Assembly (NCBI GenBank): GCA_036351155.1
Contig: JAZBOO010000380.1
Span: forward strand, 1 to 34,433
Source of the DNA: Candidatus Krumholzibacteriia bacterium
GTDB lineage: Bacteria; Krumholzibacteriota; Krumholzibacteriia; LZORAL124-64-63
Direction: 5' to 3'
Length of the DNA stretch: 34,433 nt
Shown: positions 19,424 to 28,018 of the stretch, piece by piece
Position numbering within the stretch: position 1 is the first letter of the stretch
Layout: each line of letters starts with the position of its first letter
Program-made: the position numbers and the translations under genes
The notes under the pieces: generated by a model
What the model was told of the DNA's origin: nothing
What the model saw: only the letters and a program-made list of their open reading frames with translations
The model's database searches: none

Positions 19424-20641
19424 ATGGCCTTCGGCTTCGACCTGGTGGTGATCGGGTCCGGCCCTGGCAGTCATACCGCGGCGTGCCGGGCTGCCGGTCG
19501 CGGGATGAAAACCGCCCTGGTGACCTCCTCGCACGGGGCCCAGTTGCTGGACAAGGGGGGAGTTCAGATCATCCGGGGTTCCGGGCGCCTGGATGGGCCT
19601 GGCTGTGTGCTGGTGACCGGGGACTCGGAGTTCCCGGAGCTTTCGGCGCCGCGCATCATCCTGGCTCCCCAGTCAGTCCCCGCCTGCCCTTCCCGCGTCC
19701 AGCCCGACGGGCAGCGCCTCCTCTTTCCCCACGATCTCCGGCCGCAAGAAGATCCGCCTTCTTCCCTGACCGTGGTCGGAGCCGGCAGCGCTGGTTGCGC
19801 CTGGTCTTCGCTCCTTTCCCGGCAGGGTTGCACGATCACCCTGGTGGAGTTGCAGGAACAGGTGTTGCCCGACGAAGACGCCGAGTGTGTGAAGGTTGTG
19901 ACCGGACACCTGGAGAGCCAGGGGGTGCGTCTGCGCACGGGGCACCGCTTGGCCGGGGCCGAAGCCCACGCCGCGGGGGTCACCATCCAGCTGAAGGATC
20001 GGCTCCAGGGCAGCCTCGAGCGGCAAGAGGATCGCGCCCTTTTGATCACCGTGGGGCACCAGCCCGCACACCGGGAACTTGGCCTGGATTCGGTCACCGT
20101 GGTGCAAGACAGGCAAGGTCATATCCTGACCGACCTCATGATGCAAACGGCCACCCCCGGGCTCTACGCCATTGGCGACGCGGTGCCTTCGCCGCGGCTC
20201 GAGCATCTGGCTCACCGTGAGGCCATGGTGGCTGTGGACCATGCGGCCGGAGAGCAGCCGGAACCTCTCCGGTACCATCTTGCCCCGCGCTGTCACTCCA
20301 TCGGTCCCGTTCAGCTGGGCGCTGTGGGGTTCAGGGAGGACCAGGCCCTGGCAGCGGGGCACCTGGTCACCGTGGGACGGGCCACATTTCAAAACCTGGC
20401 GGGAGAATCCGCCGGCATCCACCAGGGCAGCCTGGCCAAGGTGGTGGTGGACGCGGAGACGGACAGGATTCTGGGCGTGCATCTGGTGGGGCCTCAGGCG
20501 GGCGAATTGCTGCCCGAAGCGGCCACCGTGGTGGGACTGGGGACCACGGTGCCGGCCTGGGCACGTGTCCTTTTCCCTCTGTCCCCGGGGCACCAGGTCT
20601 TGCTGGAGGCGGTCGAGGCTGCCCGGCGGGGAGGGGGCTGA
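19424..20641 (+). CDS. Degenerate dihydrolipoamide-dehydrogenase-like flavoprotein (redox disulfide segment and catalytic His absent)
   Basis: FDLVVIGSGPG, VVGAGSAG, GLYAIGD, and dimerisation domain KVVVDAETDRILGVHLVGPQAGELLPE. There is no GGTCLNxGCIP and no HPTxxE. Open frame of about 405 aa. Confidence 0.8.
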   Translation: MAFGFDLVVIGSGPGSHTAACRAAGRGMKTALVTSSHGAQLLDKGGVQIIRGSGRLDGPGCVLVTGDSEFPELSAPRIILAPQSVPACPSRVQPDGQRLLFPHDLRPQEDPPSSLTVVGAGSAGCAWSSLLSRQGCTITLVELQEQVLPDEDAECVKVVTGHLESQGVRLRTGHRLAGAEAHAAGVTIQLKDRLQGSLERQEDRALLITVGHQPAHRELGLDSVTVVQDRQGHILTDLMMQTATPGLYAIGDAVPSPRLEHLAHREAMVAVDHAAGEQPEPLRYHLAPRCHSIGPVQLGAVGFREDQALAAGHLVTVGRATFQNLAGESAGIHQGSLAKVVVDAETDRILGVHLVGPQAGELLPEAATVVGLGTTVPAWARVLFPLSPGHQVLLEAVEAARRGGG

Positions 20642-23040
20642 TGTCCGACCGCTCCCGTATTCTCATGAAACTGCGTCAGGTTCTCGGACCCCAGGGTCTG
20701 CTGGATGACGCCGCGTCCTGCCATGTTTACTCCCGGGATGCCTCGCACTTGCATCTGGGGAAGCCCTGGGCCGTGGCCTTGCCCCGGACGGCCCTGCAGG
20801 TCCAGCAGGTGGTGGATCTGTGCCGCCAGGCGGGGATTCCCCTGGTTTGCCGGGGCACAGGAACCGGTCTGAGCGGGGGCGCTGTGCCCGCCGACGGCTC
20901 TCTCGTGCTGGCCACCTCCCGCATGGAATCCATCGGCCCGATCGATGCCCGCCACTTCACGGTGACCGTTCAGCCGGGCGTTCTCAACACGGCGGTGACC
21001 CGGGCCGCCCAGCCTCTGGGATTGCATTTCGCTCCGGATCCCAGCAGCCAGTCGGCGGCCTCCATCGGGGGCAACATCGCCGAGAACGCCGGCGGTCCCC
21101 ATTGTCTGCGTCATGGAGTCACGTTGCAGCATGTGCAGGGGCTGGACTGGGTGGATGCCCAGGGCCGCGCCCTGGTGACGGGTCGGCCGGTGGCTCAGGA
21201 GCGGGGCTTCCAGCTGGACGCCTTGCTGTGTGGCAGCGAGGGGACACTGGGAGTGATCACCGCGGCGCGGCTGGGACTGGTGCCAGACCCTTCGGCGGTG
21301 GCCACCTTGCTGGCCTTTTTCCCGCGCCTGGACGAGGCCACCGGCGCGGTGGTGACCTTGCTGGGAGCGGGGCTCCTGCCGGTGGCCGTGGAGATGGTGG
21401 ACCGGGCCATGCTGGAGGCGGTGGAAAAGGCGTTTGCCTTCGGTTTTCCCACCGATGTGGCGGCGGCCATGATCTGCGAACTGGCCGGATCGGCGGACGA
21501 GGTGGCCGAAGACCGCCAGAGGGCCCGGGAGTTGTTGCTGACTGCCGGAGCTCGCGAAGTGCGCCAGGCCGCCAGCGAAGCGGAGCGATTGGAACTGTGG
21601 AAATGCCGCAAGAAGGCCTTCGGGGCCGTGGGCCGTCTGGCCCCCAGCTACGTGACCATGGATGTGGTGGTTCCCCTGGGCCAGCTGCCTTGTCTGGTGG
21701 AACAGATCCAGGTGATCAAGGCCAGGCACCGGGTGGAAATTGCCACCGCTTTTCACGCGGGGGATGGTAATCTCCACCCCGGGGTTCACTACGACAACCG
21801 CGATCCTGATGAAACGAAGCGTGCCCATGCGGCGGCCGACGAGATCATTCAAGCCGCCCTTCAGCTGGGGGGCAGCTGTACGGGTGAACACGGGGTGGGG
21901 GTCGAGAAATTGCACGCCCTGGCCTGGCAAACCGATCGTGAAAGCGCGCGGCTTCAGCAGGGTCTCAAGAGTGTCTTCGATCCGGCCAACCTGCTGAACC
22001 CCGGCAAGGCTCTGGCCCCGCCCACGGCGGAGTGGGCGGAGATGCCCCCCGTTCCCGAGCAGGCCCTCTTCACCTGGGACAGCCTGACGGTCACCGCACC
22101 GGCGCACCTTTCCCTGAGAGAGCTGCAAGAGGAGGCCCTGGAGCGCAATCTGTGGATTCCTCTGGGCTTTCCGGGCCCCTGGCTTCCCGATGTTACGATG
22201 GCCGACCTGATCAATCACCTGGGCGCTGGCCCTGCTCTTTTGCAGGGGGCGGGGGTGCGCGATCTACTCCTGGAGCTCTGGGCGCGCACGGGTGATGATT
22301 GCCTTTTCCACAGCGGGGCGCCGGTGTACAAGAACGTGGCCGGTTATGATCTGACCCATGCCCTGTGTGGGGCGGGTGGTCACTTTGCCACTCCGCTGGC
22401 GGCGACCTGGGCCCTGCGGCCGGCGCCGGAGCAGGCGGGTCTGTGGCGGTTCAATCTGGCAGAGAACTCATCAGCGAGCGCTCTGGGCCAGCTTCTGGAT
22501 TTGCTGGCCCGACGTGCCGCCGGCACCTCGGGTTGCACCCTGATCCTCCACGAGGATCGGTGTGGCGGGGTGCTGGTGGCGGCGGGCCGTCATCGCCCCT
22601 GGGATCTGGACTCCTGGGGCGAGCTCCTGGCCAGGTCCGTACCCGGTCTTGAGGTCTTGCCACCTCAGCTGGTGCCCTTTGCCGAGGCGTTCAGGCTCTG
22701 GGATGGGCCCGACCTTCCTGGCTGGCTCAGCACCGCCGGCAACTGGTCCAGCTGGCATCCTGTGGCCGACCATGCGGAGGGGGCCCTTCTGCCCCTGTTC
22801 CCCGGCCCTGTGGTCTGGCAAAGCCGGCCCGGCACGTGGTGGGTCCCCACCCTGGCGATGCCCCGGGACGCGGGCGCTGTGGGCTTCCAGGACCCGGTCC
22901 TGGGAGCGGACGGCTTCCAGCCATTGCCCGCTCCGGGCCCCAATGTCCCCCAGGATCTTTTGCGGGAAATCAAGCGCCTGTTCGATCCTGAGGGCGTCCT
23001 GGGTGGTCCCGGCTGGCTCCAAGGCGAGGACTTCTCATGA
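20641..23040 (+). CDS. FAD-linked 2-hydroxyacid oxidase, GlcD fused to a C-terminal GlcE-like domain
   Basis: GlcD motifs RGTGTGLSGGA, FAPDPSS, IGGNIAENAGGPHC, GSEGTLG, FHAGDGNLH, GEHGVG, FDPANLLNPGK; then GlcE-like VRDLLL...GAPVYKNVAGYDL and IKRLFDPEG. Confidence 0.88.
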   Translation: MSDRSRILMKLRQVLGPQGLLDDAASCHVYSRDASHLHLGKPWAVALPRTALQVQQVVDLCRQAGIPLVCRGTGTGLSGGAVPADGSLVLATSRMESIGPIDARHFTVTVQPGVLNTAVTRAAQPLGLHFAPDPSSQSAASIGGNIAENAGGPHCLRHGVTLQHVQGLDWVDAQGRALVTGRPVAQERGFQLDALLCGSEGTLGVITAARLGLVPDPSAVATLLAFFPRLDEATGAVVTLLGAGLLPVAVEMVDRAMLEAVEKAFAFGFPTDVAAAMICELAGSADEVAEDRQRARELLLTAGAREVRQAASEAERLELWKCRKKAFGAVGRLAPSYVTMDVVVPLGQLPCLVEQIQVIKARHRVEIATAFHAGDGNLHPGVHYDNRDPDETKRAHAAADEIIQAALQLGGSCTGEHGVGVEKLHALAWQTDRESARLQQGLKSVFDPANLLNPGKALAPPTAEWAEMPPVPEQALFTWDSLTVTAPAHLSLRELQEEALERNLWIPLGFPGPWLPDVTMADLINHLGAGPALLQGAGVRDLLLELWARTGDDCLFHSGAPVYKNVAGYDLTHALCGAGGHFATPLAATWALRPAPEQAGLWRFNLAENSSASALGQLLDLLARRAAGTSGCTLILHEDRCGGVLVAAGRHRPWDLDSWGELLARSVPGLEVLPPQLVPFAEAFRLWDGPDLPGWLSTAGNWSSWHPVADHAEGALLPLFPGPVVWQSRPGTWWVPTLAMPRDAGAVGFQDPVLGADGFQPLPAPGPNVPQDLLREIKRLFDPEGVLGGPGWLQGEDFS

Positions 23041-24377
23041 GTCACCGGGAACAGGCCGTGCGCCACCGGCTGGACCCCCTGCTGCGGCAATGTGTGGAAT
23101 GCGGCCTTTGTTTGCCTCATTGCGCCACCTACGTGGCCACGGGAAACGAGGTTCAGTCCCCTCGTGGCCGCCTGTCCCTGCTGCGTGAAATGCTTGACCA
23201 TCCCGAAGACCCTCCGGCGCAGGGTTTCCTGCCGGCCTTCGATTCATGCATCGGATGTCGCGCCTGCGAAACCGCCTGCCCGGGAGGCGTGCCTTTCAGC
23301 CTGCTGGAGTATGGGCAAGAGCGCGCGTTTGCGCAGGACGACGAGGCAGGTCACGGCTGGGAGAGTAGCTGGCTGGGTCGGGCTGTCGTTTCGCGACTGG
23401 ATCAACCGGCCTATCTGGCCGGTCTGCGGCGTACGGCGAGCTGGACCCGGGGTGCCCTGGAAATGGTGGCGGGTCCTCGCTGGCGCCCCCGCCTGGCTTC
23501 CGGACCGGTGTCCGGTTTGACACGCCTGCTGGGCTCGGTGCCCCGTGATGCGGGCCCGGATTCTGCCCTGGTTTCCATCCTGGACAGGCTGTGTGGTCAT
23601 GCCTCGAGCTTTCTGCTCGGCCGGGCTGTTCACTCCCCGGACCCCATCCACCAGGTGGTCTTTTTCGAGGGCTGTGCCAATGCGGGATTGTTGCCGGATG
23701 CCAGTCGCCGCCTGCGCGATTTGCTGCAAGGAATGGGCTGCCAGGTGACCCTGGCCCCTGGGCAGGAATGCTGTGGCGCCCTGGCCTCGCACACCGGCCG
23801 TTCGGAGCGAGCTTCCGCATTGAGGACCATCAACACGGCGGCTCTGAGCACCGTCCTGGAAAATGGCGGAGTTCTGCTGGTGGAGGCGGCCGGGTGCGGG
23901 CTGGAACTGCGGGAAAAGTACGGGACCGCCCTGGCCGAGGCCGCCACCGACGCGGTGGTTCTGCTGGATCGCCTGGAATGGCCGGCCCTGGGCTCGGTCC
24001 CCCTCAAGGTGGCCTATCACGATCCCTGTCATGCCCGCCATGGCCAGGGCATCGTGGCCGAACCCCGTCGCCTACTGGCACGCATTCCCGGTCTCACCCT
24101 GGTCGAACCCCACGAAGCCGAGGTGTGTTGCGGCAGCGGCGGGGCCTGGGGGCTGCGCCATGGCGACCTGTCCGAGGAAATCGGGCGTCGCAAGGCCCGG
24201 CACCTGGCCGCCAGCGGAGCCGACCTGGTGCTCACCAGCAATCCCGGATGCCTGGGCCAGATCGCCGACGGTCTGGCCCTGGAAGCTCCCGACTTGCCGG
24301 TCCTCCCTTTGAGTGATCTGCTCTGGTACGCCTGGCAGCGAGGCGTCAAATCTGGAACAGGTACTGCACCTTCATGA
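23037..24377 (+). CDS. glcF: Glycolate oxidase iron-sulfur subunit GlcF-like
   Basis: CVECGLCLPHCATY..SPRGR, CIGCRACETACPGGV, FEGC, CCGAL, AAGCG, YHDPCH, CCGSGG, NPGC. Confidence 0.88.
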   Translation: MSHREQAVRHRLDPLLRQCVECGLCLPHCATYVATGNEVQSPRGRLSLLREMLDHPEDPPAQGFLPAFDSCIGCRACETACPGGVPFSLLEYGQERAFAQDDEAGHGWESSWLGRAVVSRLDQPAYLAGLRRTASWTRGALEMVAGPRWRPRLASGPVSGLTRLLGSVPRDAGPDSALVSILDRLCGHASSFLLGRAVHSPDPIHQVVFFEGCANAGLLPDASRRLRDLLQGMGCQVTLAPGQECCGALASHTGRSERASALRTINTAALSTVLENGGVLLVEAAGCGLELREKYGTALAEAATDAVVLLDRLEWPALGSVPLKVAYHDPCHARHGQGIVAEPRRLLARIPGLTLVEPHEAEVCCGSGGAWGLRHGDLSEEIGRRKARHLAASGADLVLTSNPGCLGQIADGLALEAPDLPVLPLSDLLWYAWQRGVKSGTGTAPS

Positions 24378-26697
24378 AGTACTGCCGGGCCGTCTGACGA
24401 TACAGGTTCGAGGTGCCGGTGGCCGCGGCGTTGAAATCCCGGTAGTCGTGAGTTGAGCCCAGGTAGAACACCGAGAAGGAGTTCACCCGGTAAGTCAGCA
24501 ACGGATCCACTTCCCACTTGCCCCCGAAGAACATGTGGTAGTCGGGAAAGTTGCCGGCCACGGCCTCGTCACGGAACGGGGGATTCTCCGACGAGTTGTG
24601 CTGAACAACCAGCCGCAGGCTCAGCTCCTTGTTCAGCTGCCAGCGCAATCTCATGCGGGCAATGGTCTGCTCGAACAGAAGCTCGCCGGTGCTGTTGTCC
24701 TTGCTCTGAATGAAATCAAGGTTGGGTTCGATGATGAGGTTGTCCACGGGCTTGATGTCCAGGGCCAGGCTCACCCGTTTTTCATCCCCGCGGGCGATCG
24801 AGAACAGTGCCGGGTTCTCGGCCACCGCCATCTCCAGGTAGTAGCCGAAGCGGTCGCTGGGCCGGCTGTTCCAGTAGCCGTTCCATCTCCACAGGTTGTC
24901 GAACGCCACTCCGCTCCAGGTTTCCGACCCGCTGGTGTAGCCGATCCCGAAATTGGTCTGGGCCCATCTCAACTGCACGTTGACGGAAGGGTTCACGTGT
25001 TGCCACTTGCGGTCGCCGTTGTAGTTCCACCGGCCATTGACCCACAAGCCGGGGGTGATCCGCTGGACCAAACCCTCGTCGAAGGTGAAGTGGTAGTTGC
25101 TCCAGATGAAGGCATTGCGCTGATCGTTCCAGGGATCATACCCGGTCTGCGTCCGATAGGTGGGGTCCACTTGATTGTAGTCCAGGGTGAAATTCCAGTG
25201 TTCTGCCGAGCGGCGCAACTCGGTGATGAAGGCATTGCCGGTGTAGGTTTCGCCGTCCAGATCCACCGTATGTCTACCTTCGGCAAAAGTCTCACCGGAC
25301 CGGATGTCCACGCCCTCGGGTTCCTCGGTGTCACTGAACACGAACTGTCCCAGCCAGCTGAGGGTGCTGGTCAGGCGGAAATTGGCATCGGCGGACAGGA
25401 TCGTACCCTGTCCGCCGTCCTCGTAGTTGCGTCCGGTGGCCATGACGCCTGCCTGGGAGTTGTTGCCCAGGCTGTGCAGGGCACGCAGAACATGCACGTC
25501 CGAGTTGCCCAGCGAGCGGGTGTACGAGCGCTCCTCGGTGGGCACGATGTAGGGCGAAGCCTCATCTCGGGCATACATGTAGGCCACGCTGGTCTTGGTC
25601 CAGCGCGCGGTACCCTTGGTGGCCACCAGGGGGTCGACGACCATCCGGGTGTAGAAGGAATTGAAATAGGTGCGGAACAGGTCGTTTCCCTCCTGAAAGA
25701 AGGGGCGCCGTTCCGGGTAGCGCTGGAGGATGGTGGTGTTCACGTCGATCTGGTCAGCGTCCGCCTCGATCTGGCTGAAATCGGGATTGTAGGTTCCCTC
25801 CACCGTCACGTCCGAGGTGAGTGAATACTTCATGCCCACCGAAGCGCGCCCCTCGATGTCCTCGTTCTCCAGCCCCGAGTCGGCATCCAGGGAGTCCCTG
25901 ATCCTGCCGGTCTGATAACCGATCAACGAAGGCAGAATTTCCAGCCCCTTGCCGGCCTGGACTCCGGTGATGCCCTCGACGCGTCCCCACTGACAGGGGT
26001 AGCACTGGTCGTTCCGGTCATATCCGGACCAGGCGTATTCGCGGGCACTCTGGCGGGGGTGTTCCCGCTGGAAATCCAGCCGCCATGACTGCACGTCTCC
26101 CGCGGGAAAACGCATGCTGGCAAAGGGGATGGCCATTTCCACCGTGTAGCCGATGTCGGTGATCTGGGCTGCCGAATGCCAGATCATGTCGAACCCGCGA
26201 TCTTCCCCCTGGACATAGGTCCACATCAGATCCTTCTGGATGCCGTAGGGATTGACGAAAAGTTCGTAGGCCCATTGCCCTTCGCCGAAGGTGTCCAGCA
26301 GCAGACCCACCGCGTCGTCGTTGAAGAACTGGTCCCGCTGGCAGAGGGTGGCCCTGATCAGTTCGGGATCGTCGTGGCAGATGAAGGCCACGAACAAATG
26401 ATCCTGGTCATAGGTGATCAAGGCCTCGGTTTCGACGGGAGGCTGGGTCCCATCGTCGGGATATCGTTCGGCGAATTGCCGGGCGCGTCCGGCCTGCTGC
26501 CAGGCCAGCTCATCGAGGTGGCCATCGATATGGATCTTTCCGACCGCCACCGAGGTGCTCACTGTGGGTTGAATGTTGGGCTCAAAGGGCGGGGCGGCGA
26601 GAGACAGCGCAGCAGACAGGCTTATCGTCAACAGCAAGGTCTGGAAAACGGGGGAAAGAACCATGAGACGGCGATTGCCGCTGACTGACAGAGACAT
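24346..26697 (-). CDS. DUF5916 / carbohydrate-binding family 9-like outer-membrane protein
   Basis: Signal peptide; CBM9-like IDGHLDE..W, YDQDHLFVAF, FVNPYGIQ, YTVEMAIPF..RF; TYNPDFSQIEAD, ERRPFFQEG; barrel-type C-terminus FMKVQYLFQI. GGAG RBS. Confidence 0.88.
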   Translation of the reverse strand: MSLSVSGNRRLMVLSPVFQTLLLTISLSAALSLAAPPFEPNIQPTVSTSVAVGKIHIDGHLDELAWQQAGRARQFAERYPDDGTQPPVETEALITYDQDHLFVAFICHDDPELIRATLCQRDQFFNDDAVGLLLDTFGEGQWAYELFVNPYGIQKDLMWTYVQGEDRGFDMIWHSAAQITDIGYTVEMAIPFASMRFPAGDVQSWRLDFQREHPRQSAREYAWSGYDRNDQCYPCQWGRVEGITGVQAGKGLEILPSLIGYQTGRIRDSLDADSGLENEDIEGRASVGMKYSLTSDVTVEGTYNPDFSQIEADADQIDVNTTILQRYPERRPFFQEGNDLFRTYFNSFYTRMVVDPLVATKGTARWTKTSVAYMYARDEASPYIVPTEERSYTRSLGNSDVHVLRALHSLGNNSQAGVMATGRNYEDGGQGTILSADANFRLTSTLSWLGQFVFSDTEEPEGVDIRSGETFAEGRHTVDLDGETYTGNAFITELRRSAEHWNFTLDYNQVDPTYRTQTGYDPWNDQRNAFIWSNYHFTFDEGLVQRITPGLWVNGRWNYNGDRKWQHVNPSVNVQLRWAQTNFGIGYTSGSETWSGVAFDNLWRWNGYWNSRPSDRFGYYLEMAVAENPALFSIARGDEKRVSLALDIKPVDNLIIEPNLDFIQSKDNSTGELLFEQTIARMRLRWQLNKELSLRLVVQHNSSENPPFRDEAVAGNFPDYHMFFGGKWEVDPLLTYRVNSFSVFYLGSTHDYRDFNAAATGTSNLYRQTARQYFMKVQYLFQI

Positions 26698-26805
26698 CAG
26701 GGACTCCCAGGTCGAGGTGCGTCAAGAACCGGCCTGCGAGTCGGGGTGCAGACCCACAACGTGGCGAACCCCGGCTCCCTTGATCCGGGTGTTCATTCTC
26801 TCTCA

Positions 26806-26829
26806 TACGGGGAAACTCGGGGATTGTTC
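26806..26829 (-). promoter_or_regulatory. ECF-sigma-type promoter candidate for the DUF5916 gene
   Basis: Minus strand GAAC-N16-CGTA, about 110 nt upstream of the start. Confidence 0.45.
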
Positions 26830-26873
26830 GGCAAAAAAATGGTCAGGAACCCGGGGTCCGGTATTTAAAATCA

Positions 26874-26904
26874 CTTGATAACGATCAAGGAATGGTGTTC
26901 CTTG
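26874..26904. promoter_or_regulatory. Two overlapping inverted repeats upstream of the ArsR-methyltransferase gene (candidate autoregulatory operator)
   Basis: CTTGAT-aacg-ATCAAG (26874-26889) and CAAGGAA-tggtg-TTCCTTG (26886-26904) in an AT-rich promoter region. Confidence 0.4.
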
Positions 26905-26967
26905 GAGGGCACGAAAACGAGAAATTTTTGAAGGGGAACCCCCTCCCACCATGGCCAGGGAGACGTT

Positions 26968-27948
26968 TTGACCTACGACCCCGCAGCATTGTTCCAGTCG
27001 GTCAGCGATCCCAGTCGTCTGCGTCTGCTGCGCCTGCTCGCGGGCCGGGAACTCAATGTGCAGGAGCTGGTCCGGACCACCGGTCTGAGTCAGCCCCGGG
27101 TGTCCAAGCATCTGGCCGTGCTGAGAGACCAGGGCTGGATCACCCAGCGCCGTGAAGGCACCTTCAGCTGGTACGAAACCGCCGACCCCCAGACCTTCGC
27201 TCCGGGAGAAGATCTTTTCCGCCTGGTCCTGGCCACCGCCTCCCTGGTGGCCGAGGCCGCAGGTGATGACCGGATTCTGTCCGGAGTGCTGGCCGAACGC
27301 CAGGCCCGCCGTCGGGATTTCTTCGCGGGCATTGCCCACCGCTGGGACGAAATCCGCCAGGAATATGAACATCCCGACATTCGCCTCGATACCCTCGGCG
27401 CCCTGGTCGATCCTCGCCTGAGGGTGCTGGACATCGGGACCGGCACCGGGGCGATGTTGCCCGTATTCGATCGCCATGTGGCCCTGACGGTGGCCCTGGA
27501 CAGCTCTGCCGCCATGCTGGCCCGTGCCGGTGACCTGAGTCGTACCGAGGGATTGAGCGGCATCCGGTTCTGCAACGGAGACGTGTCCGGCCTTCCCTTC
27601 CAGGACGGGACCTTCGATGCCATCAATTGCTCGATGGTTCTGCATCATGTCCCTGACCCCGCAGCGGCAGTGGCCGAGATGACCAGGGTCTTGACGGAGC
27701 AGGGCCGTATCATGGTGACTGGGTTCTGCCCGCATGGGGAAGAATGGATGAGGGATGAGCTGGCCCACCGGTGGCTGGGGTTTTCGCGGGACCAGCTTCA
27801 GGATTTCTTCTGCCAGGCCAGGCTTCAATTGTCAGGTTTCCTCGTACGGGGACGGCGGGTAGACCAGGAGGGACCCGCCACCAAGGATCCCACCGGGAAG
27901 GCCATTGCCTGGCCGGAAGTTTTTCTGGCCACGGGACGACGCATCTGA
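26968..27948 (+). CDS. ArsR/SmtB HTH regulator fused to a SAM-dependent methyltransferase domain (SahR-like)
   Basis: DPSRLRLLRLL..ELNVQEL..LSQPRVSKHLAVLRDQGWI..RREG; FFAGIAHRWD; VLDIGTGTG; MVLHHVPDP; HRWLGFS. AGGGAG precedes TTG. Confidence 0.9.
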   Translation: MTYDPAALFQSVSDPSRLRLLRLLAGRELNVQELVRTTGLSQPRVSKHLAVLRDQGWITQRREGTFSWYETADPQTFAPGEDLFRLVLATASLVAEAAGDDRILSGVLAERQARRRDFFAGIAHRWDEIRQEYEHPDIRLDTLGALVDPRLRVLDIGTGTGAMLPVFDRHVALTVALDSSAAMLARAGDLSRTEGLSGIRFCNGDVSGLPFQDGTFDAINCSMVLHHVPDPAAAVAEMTRVLTEQGRIMVTGFCPHGEEWMRDELAHRWLGFSRDQLQDFFCQARLQLSGFLVRGRRVDQEGPATKDPTGKAIAWPEVFLATGRRI

Positions 27949-27966
27949 CCCCCATCGATCTCCCCA

Positions 27967-27998
27967 AAAAGGGCTCCCGATTACTCGGGAGCCCTTTT
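27967..27998. terminator. Bidirectional rho-independent terminator
   Basis: AAAA-GGGCTCCCGA-ttac-TCGGGAGCCC-TTTT between convergent genes. Confidence 0.92.
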
Positions 27999-28018
27999 CT
28001 TGTTCCCACTCAGGTGGT

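Noticed and set aside
26884..26960. ATCAAG...GAGGG resembling the start of a SAM-I riboswitch upstream of the SahR-like gene
   Set aside because: The GCAACC and GTGC core elements and the closing P1 strand are absent.
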